Assembly: GCA_041170435.1 (NCBI GenBank)
Contig: JBEAYU010000030.1
Coordinates: 1,769 to 65,768, forward strand
DNA length: 64,000 nt
Direction of reading: 5' to 3'
From: Bacteroidota bacterium
GTDB lineage: Bacteria > Bacteroidota > Ignavibacteria > Kapaibacteriales > Kapaibacteriaceae
The translations under genes were made by a program, and so were the position numbers. The number at the start of each line of letters is the position of its first letter. Position 1 is the stretch's first letter. This document shows, piece after piece, positions 52,416-62,887 of this stretch. Under the pieces are notes generated by a model. It made no database searches. It was not told where the DNA came from and saw nothing but the letters and a program-made list of their open reading frames with translations.

Positions 52416-54526
52416 AATCGCAACTGTATTTGCGCCGTGAATTGGCGCCCCACAAGGCCCGGGATATTCAATGGATCGAGAACATCCAGTCCATTGAGCA
52501 TACCAACGCCGAAGGTGCCATGCATTCCGGCAACGTCTGTGGTGTATGACATAGCTACGTTCAGCACCGTGTATCCGGCTACATACTCATCGTCGCGATC
52601 AGGTACCTTACGGGGTGGGTCACTAATGACGATGCCGTTTTTGTCGAGAGCTTCCACCCCAAACCGTCCGACGAACTGCAATCGAGCGTTGACGGAGAAC
52701 GCAGCAGATGGGTCGTCGTACTGAAGGCGGAGCACACCGCTATGCCTAGATCGTCCCCACAGTCCACCATATGCTTCATGAGTCAGCAGGCCATCGACGG
52801 TGCCTGCTTGCCCCTTGACAATTGCCTCGACAACCTGTCGGTCCCGCGCGTCAAGAAGCTGATAACCCGCAAGCATCGAAAACGTGCCTACTCTATCGTG
52901 CGCATAGGCAAGGTTGAGATTGGATTCGATCCCCCGAGTGAATGCACGCGCCACATTCCTGTACGAATACACATCACGTCCGCCAACGGACCTGACAAAG
53001 TAGAACTCGATAAGATTTGACAGTTCGTTATGGAATGCACGAATCTCTGCGTTGTAAATGATCGAGGATTCCGACGTCAACCGCCTGTGGCCGTCCTCAT
53101 AGCGCACTCCAACGTCGTAGGTCAGACTGCGCTCCGGTTGTAGGTCGACGCCAAGACGTGATGCACCGAGCAGGTCATAGCCCGCACCTGAGAGTCTATT
53201 CGAAAACGTCACGAATAGCTGCCGAAAGTCGGGAGCTTTAAATCCTGTTCCGATCCCTGCCGAGGCACGGAAATGCTCTCCTGGCTTTAGCAGGAATGAG
53301 AAGCGTGGACTCAGGGCAGTTCCGAAGACGTTGTTGTCGTCGATGCGAGCACTGAGGACATATGAAATGTAGTCCGTGGGAAGACCTTCCCATTGGGCAA
53401 AGGCAACACTGGTTTGGTATGATGGATCGGCACCGGTCGAATCCCTATATCGCGTGCCGGAAATGTCGTCGTAGATGAACTCCCCTCCGATCGTCATACG
53501 ATTCTTTGACCCGACCATCAGATCGTATTGAGCATAGGATCGCAGAATTCTCCGTTGCAGGTCGTCAATGTCCGTTCCTGATCCTTGCACCGTATCGAAG
53601 TCGTAGCGTTCGTTGTAGAGTGATCCAAACGATGTGACATTCAGACGGGACCGACCCGACTTATACTCTGCGTTCACGGATGCTGAACCGTCCCACTGGG
53701 TGACGCTTCCGGAGTTCTCAGCGATCTGTCCGGCGACACTTTCGATGAACGAACCATTCGTTTCTGAGCCGAATGCTCGTACCCATGAGCGCACTGTCCA
53801 TGCTCGCGCTGGCCGCCATAGCAGGTTACTCTGCAGTGTCGCGTCGGTGAAACCGGCAATAGGTACCTGAGTTCCTCGACCAGTCAGTGTGAAGGGGCTC
53901 TGATTCTTGAGATTGGCAAACCCTGAGACCTCGAGATCATCTGCCCCCCAGCCGATCTCCACGCGTCCTTCTCCCGTACCACGCGTTTGTTGCTGAAGAA
54001 GAACGTTTCCGTGCAAACTGTCGGCTGGACGCTTTGTGATGATGTTGATCACTCCAGCCAATGCGTCACTGCCGTACATGCTGCTCATTGGCCCCTTGAC
54101 GATTTCCACGCGGTCCACGTTGCCGATCGATAGGCGTGAAAGGTCCAGTACGCCGGCGACGCGGCCGATGACCGGCTGGCCATCGATGAGGATGAGTGTG
54201 TGGTCGGGACCTAAACCGTTCATCTGAATCCCCGATCGGATCGCCCCGCTCACGGCCATCCCAGTTTGTTCTCGCAGAACGTCGGCCATCGTGGCGAGGC
54301 CCGAATTGGCCATGCGGCGCGAATCGATGATCTCAACGCGGACAGGCGAATCCTTTGCGCGCAACTCATTACGCGTCCCGGTGACAACGACCTGTCGTGA
54401 CTGATAACTCTTGATGCTGTCTGTTTGTAGACTGGCTCTTGAGGAGTCGAGCTCAAAGGGGGCGATCGGTCGTGCCCCGGCTTGCATGAATGCTATGAGG
54501 AAGAACGTGACAATGGCGATATGCAT
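52412..54526 (-). CDS. TonB-dependent outer membrane receptor
   Basis: TonB-box-like QVVVTGTR, plug LILIDGQP..RVEIVKGPMSSMYGSDALAGVINIITK, GFKAP, LQPE, C-terminal Phe. Confidence 0.92.
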   Translation of the reverse strand: MHIAIVTFFLIAFMQAGARPIAPFELDSSRASLQTDSIKSYQSRQVVVTGTRNELRAKDSPVRVEIIDSRRMANSGLATMADVLREQTGMAVSGAIRSGIQMNGLGPDHTLILIDGQPVIGRVAGVLDLSRLSIGNVDRVEIVKGPMSSMYGSDALAGVINIITKRPADSLHGNVLLQQQTRGTGEGRVEIGWGADDLEVSGFANLKNQSPFTLTGRGTQVPIAGFTDATLQSNLLWRPARAWTVRSWVRAFGSETNGSFIESVAGQIAENSGSVTQWDGSASVNAEYKSGRSRLNVTSFGSLYNERYDFDTVQGSGTDIDDLQRRILRSYAQYDLMVGSKNRMTIGGEFIYDDISGTRYRDSTGADPSYQTSVAFAQWEGLPTDYISYVLSARIDDNNVFGTALSPRFSFLLKPGEHFRASAGIGTGFKAPDFRQLFVTFSNRLSGAGYDLLGASRLGVDLQPERSLTYDVGVRYEDGHRRLTSESSIIYNAEIRAFHNELSNLIEFYFVRSVGGRDVYSYRNVARAFTRGIESNLNLAYAHDRVGTFSMLAGYQLLDARDRQVVEAIVKGQAGTVDGLLTHEAYGGLWGRSRHSGVLRLQYDDPSAAFSVNARLQFVGRFGVEALDKNGIVISDPPRKVPDRDDEYVAGYTVLNVAMSYTTDVAGMHGTFGVGMLNGLDVLDPLNIPGLVGRQFTAQIQLRF

Positions 54527-54530
54527 CGCA

Positions 54531-54538
54531 CAAAGTTA
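54531..54538 (-). promoter_or_regulatory. -7 promoter element (TAACTTTG)
   Basis: TAnnTTTG match 4 nt upstream of ATG 54526. Confidence 0.6.
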
Positions 54539-54553
54539 CGGTCCAACGGGAAG

Positions 54554-57500
54554 CTACGGCATCCACATGACTGGCGATGCCGTCTGCCCCACAGGTGTGC
54601 GAATCAGAAGGTAGTAGCCCCCTGAACTCATCTCAGACATGTCGATCATGTCTGCAAGAGAACGTTTCTCGCCCGGATGGAGGACCAAAGACGTGTGATA
54701 CACCGTGCCTCCTTCGAGCGTCGCAAGTCGGATCTCATACTCTCCGGGCATCTCGGCCTGGATGTCAACGTCGATCGCATGATCACGAGGCCGCAGTCGC
54801 AGGCCGACCTTCGGGACCGTGTATGTTTTGACCAGACGGCGCATGATGCCGCAACCATTGACGAAGAGCACGCCCGGCACGACCGTTGAGCTTGGACACT
54901 TTGATGATTCCCACTCAACATTTTCCCAGGTAAGATCGGCATTCAAGACCTGACCGGCGAGGACAACGCCTCGAACGGACGTGATGCGTTGACGCGTGCT
55001 GATGACATCGACGTTTTCGATTCGCAGGTGTGACAGACGTTGGCTCCCGCGAACACTCACTCGGAGCTCGCCGCGATCGGTACTCATTGGGAAGAAGGCG
55101 CTGGCATCGTGTACGAGGGTCGCACGCATCTCATCGATATGCAGCGGCAACATGTGCGGCGGAACATCAAGGATGATAGGAATACCGACACTGTCCTGTC
55201 CAGCTTCGGCTGAGACGGTGCCAGCAGACAAAGCTAGGGTCACGGTGTCTCGCACTGTGATCCGGAAGTACTGTGTCTCTGTACATCCAAGACCATCAAC
55301 GCCGGTTACAGCATACGTGATGGTCGAATCAGCAATGATGGTCTGTGCAGCAGCGGTGCTATCGGTCAGCCCCACAGCTGGACTCCAACGATAATGCCAC
55401 GCTCCGCTGGCTTGCATACGGACGGCACTTCCTCGGCACACCAGTGTGTCGCCGGTCAGACGCAAACGAAGTCTGGACACATACACCGTCACCGTATCGA
55501 AGCTTTCGCACTCACCGATCCGCGCTCGCAGAACGTAGGAGGTCGTCACGGTTGGCGTGGCAACAGGTGCGAGCGCCGTGGGATCGCTGAGGCCGTCAGC
55601 CGGTGTCCACGAAAACTCGTCTCCGAAGCCGGAGGCTAGGAGACGCTTACCGACTCCAGTGCAGATAGAAAGGTCGGCGCCTGCATTGATGTTTGGTGTC
55701 GGGGTCACCGCTACACGAATGGTATCACGCACTGTGCAACCGGATGCATTGGTAGCCTCAACGGTGTAGGTTGTTGAGACACGGGGTGAGGCTGTGACGG
55801 CTGTGCCGGAGTCAACGTCGAGACCGGTTGATGGATACCATCGCACTCGAGCATCGCCAGCATCTACTGTGAGCCGCGCCGCGCCCCCTGCACAAATGCG
55901 AACACCAGGTTGCACCGTCAGCACTGGCAATGGCAATGGGGCAATATCGAGCTCATCAGAGGCCGTGCACATGCCACTACTGACATTCAGGCGAACGCGA
56001 CTGCCGCCGAGAGGCAGAACGAGCCGTGTGGTGGAGGATAGATGATCTAGCACGCCGGGACCGTCCCATGTGAAACTCGTACCTGCCGTGGCCGTCAGAA
56101 TGACCGTGTCACCAGCGCATGCCTGCGTTGGTCCCTGGATGCGGACGACAAATGAGTCCAGAACCGTTACGCGAACGCTGTCGAAGATCGTACAGTCGCC
56201 GACATCAATGGCGACGGTGTAGGTGGTCGTCTTTCTTGGCGCTGCCGTCGGAGCATCCGAGGTTGCATCGCTCAGCCCGTCGGATGGACTCCATCGGTAT
56301 GATCTGCCACCTTGCGCACGAAGCTGAACCGACGCGCCATTGCAGATCGTCGCGTTCGAGCTGACGGTGATGGTTGGAACCCGCACGAGCACGGTTGCGG
56401 TGTCGGCGCATCCCGATGGACCTGTTCCGATGACACTCAGGAGTGTTGTGGTACGAACGCGAACCGTCGGAGTGGCCGATGCTGCATCGCTGACGATCGA
56501 TGGGGGAAACCACTGGTATCTTTCGGCCCCGGATGCCCGAAGCTGAAAGGGGCTGTCCGGACACGCAATAACCACGGAATCAACGACGATGTTCGGAGTG
56601 GGAAGAACCTCAATGGTGGATGTGACGGTGTCGTTGCCATAGACACTCCCAACAATCAGGCGAACCCGATACGTACCCGCTTTGGGATAGCGAATCTTTG
56701 ACGGATTCCGTTCAGAGGATATCGTTGGGAAAGCCCCCTCGAAGAGCCAACTCCATGAGGTAATGGTTCCTGAGCTTTTATCCGTGAATGAAGTGCTGGA
56801 CCCTTCACAGATGTTGGGCTTGCTGGTGAAGTTTGCCACGGGAAGCACACACCCGGAGCTACGGTCCTCTGCTTCGAACAGTAGCGGCGTAGGGATGTTG
56901 GGCAGACCGGTGCGCACTGAACCAGTCAGGATGACGGCCTCACGCCGATACCCAACGTCGTCAGATGCCGCATTAGGCCGATCGATCACGTCCAATCTGC
57001 GCGTTCCAGGAATTCCCACGTAGATCCGTCCGTCAGGACCGAGTTGAAGAGGTACCCACGATGATGTCTGTGAAAGGTCGGCGATCAAGGCCTTCGAATC
57101 CGCGATCTCCGATGGCGTGCGCTTGTCGAGACTGAACTGATACACATAGGTGCTGTTGCCGGCGTCAGCATTTGTGACGCTCACGTACACACGACGTCCA
57201 TCGGGAGAGAATGCAGCTCCGAAGTGCTCACCGACATCACTCGGGCCAAAAAGACTCATGCCACCGGAGATGTGCCCGGTCTGACCATCGAAGTCGAATA
57301 CCTGCGAATTGCCAGATGCAGAGGTTAGGAGAAGTCGCCGATTGTCCGGAGAAACCTGAAGATTGCCGGCGCCCTTGACGTCGAGCTGCGGAGTTCCAAC
57401 GGCCGAGACAACAGGGGTTGACTCCAGATAGTCACTGTTGAGGCGGAGGCTATAGAAGTGACGGGAGACGCGACTGCGCACGATGATCCACCAGCTACTT

Positions 57501-58072
57501 CCCCGACAGTCGAGCGTAGCCGTCAAATGCTCGGTGATATCCCCAAGCACGAACTCGTTCTTCGTCGTAACATCCCCAAGGCCATCGCCGGCTCGCATGT
57601 CGATGATGCTGTAATAGAGGCACAGACAACGAACCGAGGCATCGACAGCTGAGGTAGGTGCAGAGTTGAACAGATAGTAAACTCCGGGACGACCAGGTGC
57701 CGGGACGACGAGTGCTCCCTGACTCGTTGTAGGGTCCCCATTAAGTCCCGTTCCATTGGGCATTACCTCATGAAATCGGTTCCAGACGGTCACCCCGTCC
57801 GTGTAGAAAAGCAATTCGCCTGTGGTGGGATCGGAGATCACTGCCGATGACCGACCCGCGATCATTCGGGAATCATCAAGTGGCCGAGCTTCGCCGTTCG
57901 TGAACGACAAACCCGCGTACTGTCCGAAATACCAGTTTGATGAGATCTTCGGCTGCGCACCAGAGCTTATAGTGCCGAATAGTATGCACAGAGACAAACA
58001 CGTCATCGACAGAACAAACCATCGATGGCGACCCTTTCCCCCCAAGAAATATGGTCGCGGATTCACGTGCAC
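54554..58072 (-). CDS. T9SS-type secreted protein: beta-propeller, PKD domain, Ig-like repeats, divergent C-terminal sorting domain
   Basis: Signal SGA-Q; NWYFG..LLFYTDGVTVWN..LQLGPDGRIY..GLPN propeller; PKD FTDKSSG..WSWLFEG..GTYRVRL; repeats IC.G..L.A.G...Y.WSP..GL; MSSGGYYLLI. Confidence 0.8.
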   Translation of the reverse strand: MHVNPRPYFLGGKGRHRWFVLSMTCLSLCILFGTISSGAQPKISSNWYFGQYAGLSFTNGEARPLDDSRMIAGRSSAVISDPTTGELLFYTDGVTVWNRFHEVMPNGTGLNGDPTTSQGALVVPAPGRPGVYYLFNSAPTSAVDASVRCLCLYYSIIDMRAGDGLGDVTTKNEFVLGDITEHLTATLDCRGSSWWIIVRSRVSRHFYSLRLNSDYLESTPVVSAVGTPQLDVKGAGNLQVSPDNRRLLLTSASGNSQVFDFDGQTGHISGGMSLFGPSDVGEHFGAAFSPDGRRVYVSVTNADAGNSTYVYQFSLDKRTPSEIADSKALIADLSQTSSWVPLQLGPDGRIYVGIPGTRRLDVIDRPNAASDDVGYRREAVILTGSVRTGLPNIPTPLLFEAEDRSSGCVLPVANFTSKPNICEGSSTSFTDKSSGTITSWSWLFEGAFPTISSERNPSKIRYPKAGTYRVRLIVGSVYGNDTVTSTIEVLPTPNIVVDSVVIACPDSPFQLRASGAERYQWFPPSIVSDAASATPTVRVRTTTLLSVIGTGPSGCADTATVLVRVPTITVSSNATICNGASVQLRAQGGRSYRWSPSDGLSDATSDAPTAAPRKTTTYTVAIDVGDCTIFDSVRVTVLDSFVVRIQGPTQACAGDTVILTATAGTSFTWDGPGVLDHLSSTTRLVLPLGGSRVRLNVSSGMCTASDELDIAPLPLPVLTVQPGVRICAGGAARLTVDAGDARVRWYPSTGLDVDSGTAVTASPRVSTTYTVEATNASGCTVRDTIRVAVTPTPNINAGADLSICTGVGKRLLASGFGDEFSWTPADGLSDPTALAPVATPTVTTSYVLRARIGECESFDTVTVYVSRLRLRLTGDTLVCRGSAVRMQASGAWHYRWSPAVGLTDSTAAAQTIIADSTITYAVTGVDGLGCTETQYFRITVRDTVTLALSAGTVSAEAGQDSVGIPIILDVPPHMLPLHIDEMRATLVHDASAFFPMSTDRGELRVSVRGSQRLSHLRIENVDVISTRQRITSVRGVVLAGQVLNADLTWENVEWESSKCPSSTVVPGVLFVNGCGIMRRLVKTYTVPKVGLRLRPRDHAIDVDIQAEMPGEYEIRLATLEGGTVYHTSLVLHPGEKRSLADMIDMSEMSSGGYYLLIRTPVGQTASPVMWMP

Positions 58073-58193
58073 ATTGGCTCGGTAAAATAACCAACTTCTT
58101 GTCTCTCGGTGCCGACGATGTTACCGGATTTTAACCGGCCTCTGAGCGGCATGCCCGTAACTTCGCAGTTGAAAATTCACCTATGGGATTCGC

Positions 58194-58895
58194 ATGGAAA
58201 AGAAGATCCTGATCGTGGACGACGAGCAAGACATCCTCGATCTGATCTCTTACAACCTGTCCAAGGAAGGATACCGTGTTCAGACGGCTACGGACGGGAT
58301 GAAGGGGCTGGATGTGGCCAAGAACATGCGGCCGGATCTGGTGATTCTCGACGTCATGATGCCTGGTATGGATGGTTTTGAGGTCTGCCGTATGCTTCGA
58401 CAGGATAGAGCATTTGCCGAGACCGCCATCATGTTCCTCACGGCCAAGTCCACTGAGATCGACCAGATCCTGGGCCTTGAGCTCGGAGCCGATGACTACC
58501 TGCAGAAGCCCATCTCGCCCCGGGTGCTCCTTGCACGGGTCAAGAGCATCCTCCGTCGCGGAGGCGATGGAGGACGGGGTGAGACCATTGTTGCACCAGA
58601 GATCCTTCGTCTTGGCAACCTGGAGGTCAACCGTCAGAACTACACCGTCCGCGTTGACGGCAAAGAGACCTTCTTTCCGAAGAAGGAGTTTGAGTTGCTG
58701 GCATTCCTTGCGGCCAACCGCGGTAAGGTCTTCTCACGTGAGGCGCTCCTTCGCCGTATCTGGGGCGAGAGCGTGTTCGTGATCGATAGAACGGTAGATG
58801 TGCATGTGAGCAAGATCCGCGAAAAGCTGGGTCCTTACGGCGCTTGGATCGAAACGGTCAAGGGCGTCGGCTACCGTTTCACCGAGCAGGTCTAA
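58194..58895 (+). CDS. OmpR/PhoB-family response regulator (PhoP-like)
   Basis: ILIVDDE, LDVMMP, FLTAK, LGADDY, KEFELL, RTVDVHV, TVKGVGY. Confidence 0.93.
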   Translation: MEKKILIVDDEQDILDLISYNLSKEGYRVQTATDGMKGLDVAKNMRPDLVILDVMMPGMDGFEVCRMLRQDRAFAETAIMFLTAKSTEIDQILGLELGADDYLQKPISPRVLLARVKSILRRGGDGGRGETIVAPEILRLGNLEVNRQNYTVRVDGKETFFPKKEFELLAFLAANRGKVFSREALLRRIWGESVFVIDRTVDVHVSKIREKLGPYGAWIETVKGVGYRFTEQV

Positions 58896-58905
58896 CTTTG
58901 CCGTC

Positions 58906-59880
58906 ATGAACGGCGAAACTGAGTTCCCAACCGCTGCGGTACTCTTGTGCTTGACAGGATTCCTGGCAGGGTCTCTTGTTGTGGCCATCCTGATGCGCAA
59001 CCGACTGCGGCGGACAGTTCGTGAACCCCTCGAAATCATCGAGTCAGTTACGACCTCGATCACACAAGGGGCTGTGAGTGCTCGTATCTCGCTGCCGGAT
59101 AGTGCCGACCCCTCGGTTGCACAGACAGCAACGGCTGTGAATCGCCTGGCTGACAGGGCAGCGCACGACATTGAAGAGATGCGCCGTCTCGAACGCGTAC
59201 GTTCCGAGTTCATCGCCAACGTGTCACACGAGCTGCGAACGCCAATCTTCAGCGTGCAAGGGTATCTGGAGACGCTGCTTGATGGAGCAATGGATGACCC
59301 GGCAGTAGCGATACCGTTTCTGGAAAAGGCTTATCACAACGCGATGCGTCTGAACGTTCTTCTGAACGACCTTATCGACATCTCCCGGATTGAAAGCGGA
59401 GAACTGAAGTTCTCGTTCCGATATTTTGACATCGTGGATCTCATCACCGAACTGGTGCACACCTCAGAGATCCGAGCACGTCAGGCCAACGTTACGGTTA
59501 CCTATTCGCACGATGATGCCCGTTCGGTGTATGGTGACAAGGAACGGCTCTCGCAGGTGTTGACGAACCTGCTCGATAATGCCATCAAGTACAATGTTGA
59601 TGGTGGTAGCGTGAATGTGGTGACGCGAGGAGCCGACTCCGGAGTGCGTATAGAGATCGCCGATACAGGCATCGGCATCCCGGAGCAGCACCTCTCACGC
59701 ATCTTTGAACGATTCTACCGCGTTGACAAAGACCGCTCACGCGCAGTCGGTGGCACTGGTCTTGGACTGGCCATCGTGAAACACATTCTCGAAGCACACG
59801 ATGCACACATTGACGTATCATCGAAGGCTGGCCACGGCACGCAGATCGGTTTCACGCTTCGCTCAGGAGAATCCGTTTAA
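58906..59880 (+). CDS. Sensor histidine kinase (PhoR-like: one TM, HAMP, HisKA, HATPase)
   Basis: FIANVSHELRTP, NLLDNAIKY, DTGIGIP, RIFERFYRVDKDRSR..GGTGLGLAIVKH. Confidence 0.92.
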   Translation: MNGETEFPTAAVLLCLTGFLAGSLVVAILMRNRLRRTVREPLEIIESVTTSITQGAVSARISLPDSADPSVAQTATAVNRLADRAAHDIEEMRRLERVRSEFIANVSHELRTPIFSVQGYLETLLDGAMDDPAVAIPFLEKAYHNAMRLNVLLNDLIDISRIESGELKFSFRYFDIVDLITELVHTSEIRARQANVTVTYSHDDARSVYGDKERLSQVLTNLLDNAIKYNVDGGSVNVVTRGADSGVRIEIADTGIGIPEQHLSRIFERFYRVDKDRSRAVGGTGLGLAIVKHILEAHDAHIDVSSKAGHGTQIGFTLRSGESV

Positions 59881-59903
59881 GCGCACGTCACGCGCTAAGG
59901 GGC

Positions 59904-62750
59904 TTACCGAACGACCATGACTGGCAGACTCGAGATCTTCGATCCAGATCGAATCGAAAGCACATACCGTCCTGAGGCCAGAGCCCCTATGTCCACGATG
60001 AGCGTCGATCCTTGCTGATACCAAGGAGCTCTGCAACGCATGCCGGTCAGATCCGTTAGCCATGCGTCATCAACCATCAGGTCAGCGGTGAGGGTGACGT
60101 TGCAATGGGATGATGCCGGAAAGGGGAAGACCGAGAGACCGTGACTCGTCTGTTGCTCCGACACCGAGGTGGTGAGAAGATTGATATCGTCCATATAGAA
60201 CCCATCGGACTGCCGTGAGGCATTACTGCGGAAGCGAAGGCGCAAATGAGTTGTATCTCGTCCAATCGGCAGTATCGCGCGAGCCATTCTCCATGCATCA
60301 TCACCCTTGGTGGTGTCGGACCACCGAGCATCCTTAGATGCGTTCCACCATTCCAAGACATCGTATGGGCCATCAACGCCCCGCGTTGACGCTTCCAGAA
60401 ACATCGTGTCGGTGGCATCGACGAATGCTGCCACGTGGAATTCCATAACCAGAGATGCTTCCGGAATCATCGGGCCTGGAACAATTGGCATCAACTGCAA
60501 CGTGTCGCGCCTGTTGGGTTGATACGGTCCGGCAGGAGCGTGCGTGTACGATGCCGGCCAAGAGCGATAGAAGTTCGTTGTGGTACCCCATGCCCCCTGA
60601 ATCTTTCGATAGCGAGGCTCTTGGGTGAAGTTCTCGTAACGATAGCCAGCATCTCCCGTGAAGACCCAGAGCGAATCACTCTTTGGGCTCTCGTTGCCAT
60701 CCGCATCAACGACGCTGGCCTGCACTCGATACCATCCACGGGCATCAGGAGTGATGTCACGCGTGATCACGGTGCCGGAGTCATCGACTGTCAGTGCACT
60801 TTGTTGGTCGAAGTCCGTCGCCGTGAGGACGAGCTTCGAGAGATTCACCAAGGGCGTCACACCGTCGAGTCGCCTGTTGGGCAGTCCAATGGTGCAGCTG
60901 ATCGGCTGGGATGAGGAACCAACCGCGGTGATGAGCTTCGGAACACCCGGTTCGCGCGAACCACCGGCCCAAGCCGATGCCATCTGCGGGGCGCTGGTGT
61001 CTGCGCCAGCAATAGCAACCAACGTGTAGTCATACTTTCGATGCTTGGTCAGTCCGCGGTCACGATATGTTCTTGCGTCCGAGCCTAGACGTGCGATCGG
61101 TTGTCCATCACGTATGATCGCATACGCGATATCAGCCGAGGCAAGGGGCTGGCCGAACGCACGTGTGGTGACGGCATCCCAGGCAAGATCGATCTCGGTC
61201 GGCGCATTGGGAAGTGTCGTTGCAGTGAAGCGTTGCGATGATGAGGGCGCACGTGTATTGACCACCGCCGTATAAACGTCATTGTCGGCCCGGTTGGTTG
61301 TTGTGTTACGCATGTCCACCCACGACGGGTAGACGATACCGTTGCGGAAGTCGCAGCCCGAGTAGTCGCCGGCGAACGTGTTGCCGGAGAACGGGTTGTT
61401 ACGCAGGTCGCTATTGCCATCGCCGGCGCGCCGGTCTGTCCACGTCGTTCCGCCATCGGTCGAGAGGCTCACGTATGTGCGCACCAACACGTTGGCAGAG
61501 TCATCGCGAGAGTCGGCATACATCACGGCAACGTCGCCAGAGGTAGGATCAAGGGCAATCCACGACCAGAACTGGTCGTTGGTCGTATCGGAGTGCACGA
61601 TACGTGCCTCAGACCAGGTCGTGCCATTGTCGGTCGATCTGGACACATACACATTGGGATAGTTGTCTGCTGCCCAACTCAGGTACAACCAGCCATTGCG
61701 CATCCCACCAGTATTGTCAATCGTCAGCGTCGGATAGCACTCGGCGCGCACCACGCCTTTGACGCGGGAATTGGATTGACCGCCAATGGTGCTCTTGACG
61801 CCGAACGGCTTGTATCGGTGGATCACTCGTGGGGTCGTCCACGTTCTTCCGCCATCGCTCGAGCGCGCATAGCGGATCGATGACTCGGTGCCGGAGTTCC
61901 AGACGACGTGCACTTGTCCATCCGGACCGGTGCGTGCCAGTGGGAAGCTCTGACCAAATGTCGTGTCCTCACTTGTCTTTGGAAATCGGTCACTTACTGC
62001 AACGGGGGTGGTCCACGTCGCCCCCTCATCTGTGCTCTTGCTGATCATGATCTGCGTCGACGAGTCGCGATTGATGACGCGCTTCCACGGAATGTAGAGG
62101 GTGCCGCGGTGTGGGGAGCTGGTGGCCGTGTCAACGTGGACATAGTACTTGTCTTCGAAAGCCGAGTCGGCCGTCTGCACACCGGTGTGAATGATCACAG
62201 CGGTGTGTTTCATTGACCAGGTCTTGCCGGCATCCGTCGTTGAGCTGATAAAGATGCCATTCTCGCCGAACTGCGCATTTCCGGTTCTGCGAAAACCACC
62301 ATAGCAGAGATAGCCCTTGCCCTTGTGATCGAAGCACACTGAGGGATCATTGGTCGAAGCCCAACCCGGGCGGGCAGTGCCGAGGGTAACGTTGTTCCAC
62401 GTCGCTCCGGCATCCGTCGAGTAATAGGCCCACGTTGACGAACTTCCACGGTAGTCCACGGCTGAGCCGATCATGAGCTTTGGATTCAAGGGGCTGATGG
62501 CGATTGAAGATTCGTTCTGTGTTGGCAACTGGTCGTTCTCGGCCGTAACGATCATGTTCACGTTCGTGAACAGCGTCGGTAGAGGGGTCTCCTCAACGAA
62601 CGGGAGCTTGAGTATCTCTGGCTCCGACGTCATCACAGGCGTTGGGTGTGCCCGTTCCATATGCCGGAGGTGAATGTTGTCTTGTGCCGGGAGCAGATGT
62701 GAGCTCAGCACGGCAGCTATGGCGTACACGGCAAGATTCATACATTTCAT
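59904..62750 (-). CDS. T9SS-secreted BNR/Asp-box (sialidase-like) beta-propeller protein with FN3-like and C-terminal sorting domains
   Basis: Signal LPA-Q; Asp boxes STDAGATW, TTDAGKTW, STDEGATW, SSDGGRTW, STDNGTTW, STDGGTTW; FAGDY; VFPFPAS..LASGRYVL..VMVVR. Start refined to ATG 62750. Confidence 0.82.
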   Translation of the reverse strand: MKCMNLAVYAIAAVLSSHLLPAQDNIHLRHMERAHPTPVMTSEPEILKLPFVEETPLPTLFTNVNMIVTAENDQLPTQNESSIAISPLNPKLMIGSAVDYRGSSSTWAYYSTDAGATWNNVTLGTARPGWASTNDPSVCFDHKGKGYLCYGGFRRTGNAQFGENGIFISSTTDAGKTWSMKHTAVIIHTGVQTADSAFEDKYYVHVDTATSSPHRGTLYIPWKRVINRDSSTQIMISKSTDEGATWTTPVAVSDRFPKTSEDTTFGQSFPLARTGPDGQVHVVWNSGTESSIRYARSSDGGRTWTTPRVIHRYKPFGVKSTIGGQSNSRVKGVVRAECYPTLTIDNTGGMRNGWLYLSWAADNYPNVYVSRSTDNGTTWSEARIVHSDTTNDQFWSWIALDPTSGDVAVMYADSRDDSANVLVRTYVSLSTDGGTTWTDRRAGDGNSDLRNNPFSGNTFAGDYSGCDFRNGIVYPSWVDMRNTTTNRADNDVYTAVVNTRAPSSSQRFTATTLPNAPTEIDLAWDAVTTRAFGQPLASADIAYAIIRDGQPIARLGSDARTYRDRGLTKHRKYDYTLVAIAGADTSAPQMASAWAGGSREPGVPKLITAVGSSSQPISCTIGLPNRRLDGVTPLVNLSKLVLTATDFDQQSALTVDDSGTVITRDITPDARGWYRVQASVVDADGNESPKSDSLWVFTGDAGYRYENFTQEPRYRKIQGAWGTTTNFYRSWPASYTHAPAGPYQPNRRDTLQLMPIVPGPMIPEASLVMEFHVAAFVDATDTMFLEASTRGVDGPYDVLEWWNASKDARWSDTTKGDDAWRMARAILPIGRDTTHLRLRFRSNASRQSDGFYMDDINLLTTSVSEQQTSHGLSVFPFPASSHCNVTLTADLMVDDAWLTDLTGMRCRAPWYQQGSTLIVDIGALASGRYVLSIRSGSKISSLPVMVVR

Positions 62751-62800
62751 GGGCCGAATGTACGCATTCCACGGCATCGTAAGCGGATGGCGTTACACCA

Positions 62801-62840
62801 ACAAAAAACACCCGTACCGGTGGTGATGCGGTACGGGTGT
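62801..62840 (-). terminator. Intrinsic terminator downstream of dnaK
   Basis: Perfect 12-bp stem ACACCCGTACCG 62808-62819 / CGGTACGGGTGT 62829-62840, followed on the minus strand by a T-run. Confidence 0.88.
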
Positions 62841-62887
62841 CCGTGGTGATAGACGCATCGTCCGCAATGGGCCGATGCTATGGTTGC

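Noticed and set aside
54527-54553. Cobalamin or other riboswitch upstream of the TonB-dependent receptor
   Set aside because: The intergenic gap is only 27 nt and the promoter motif abuts the start codon, leaving no room.
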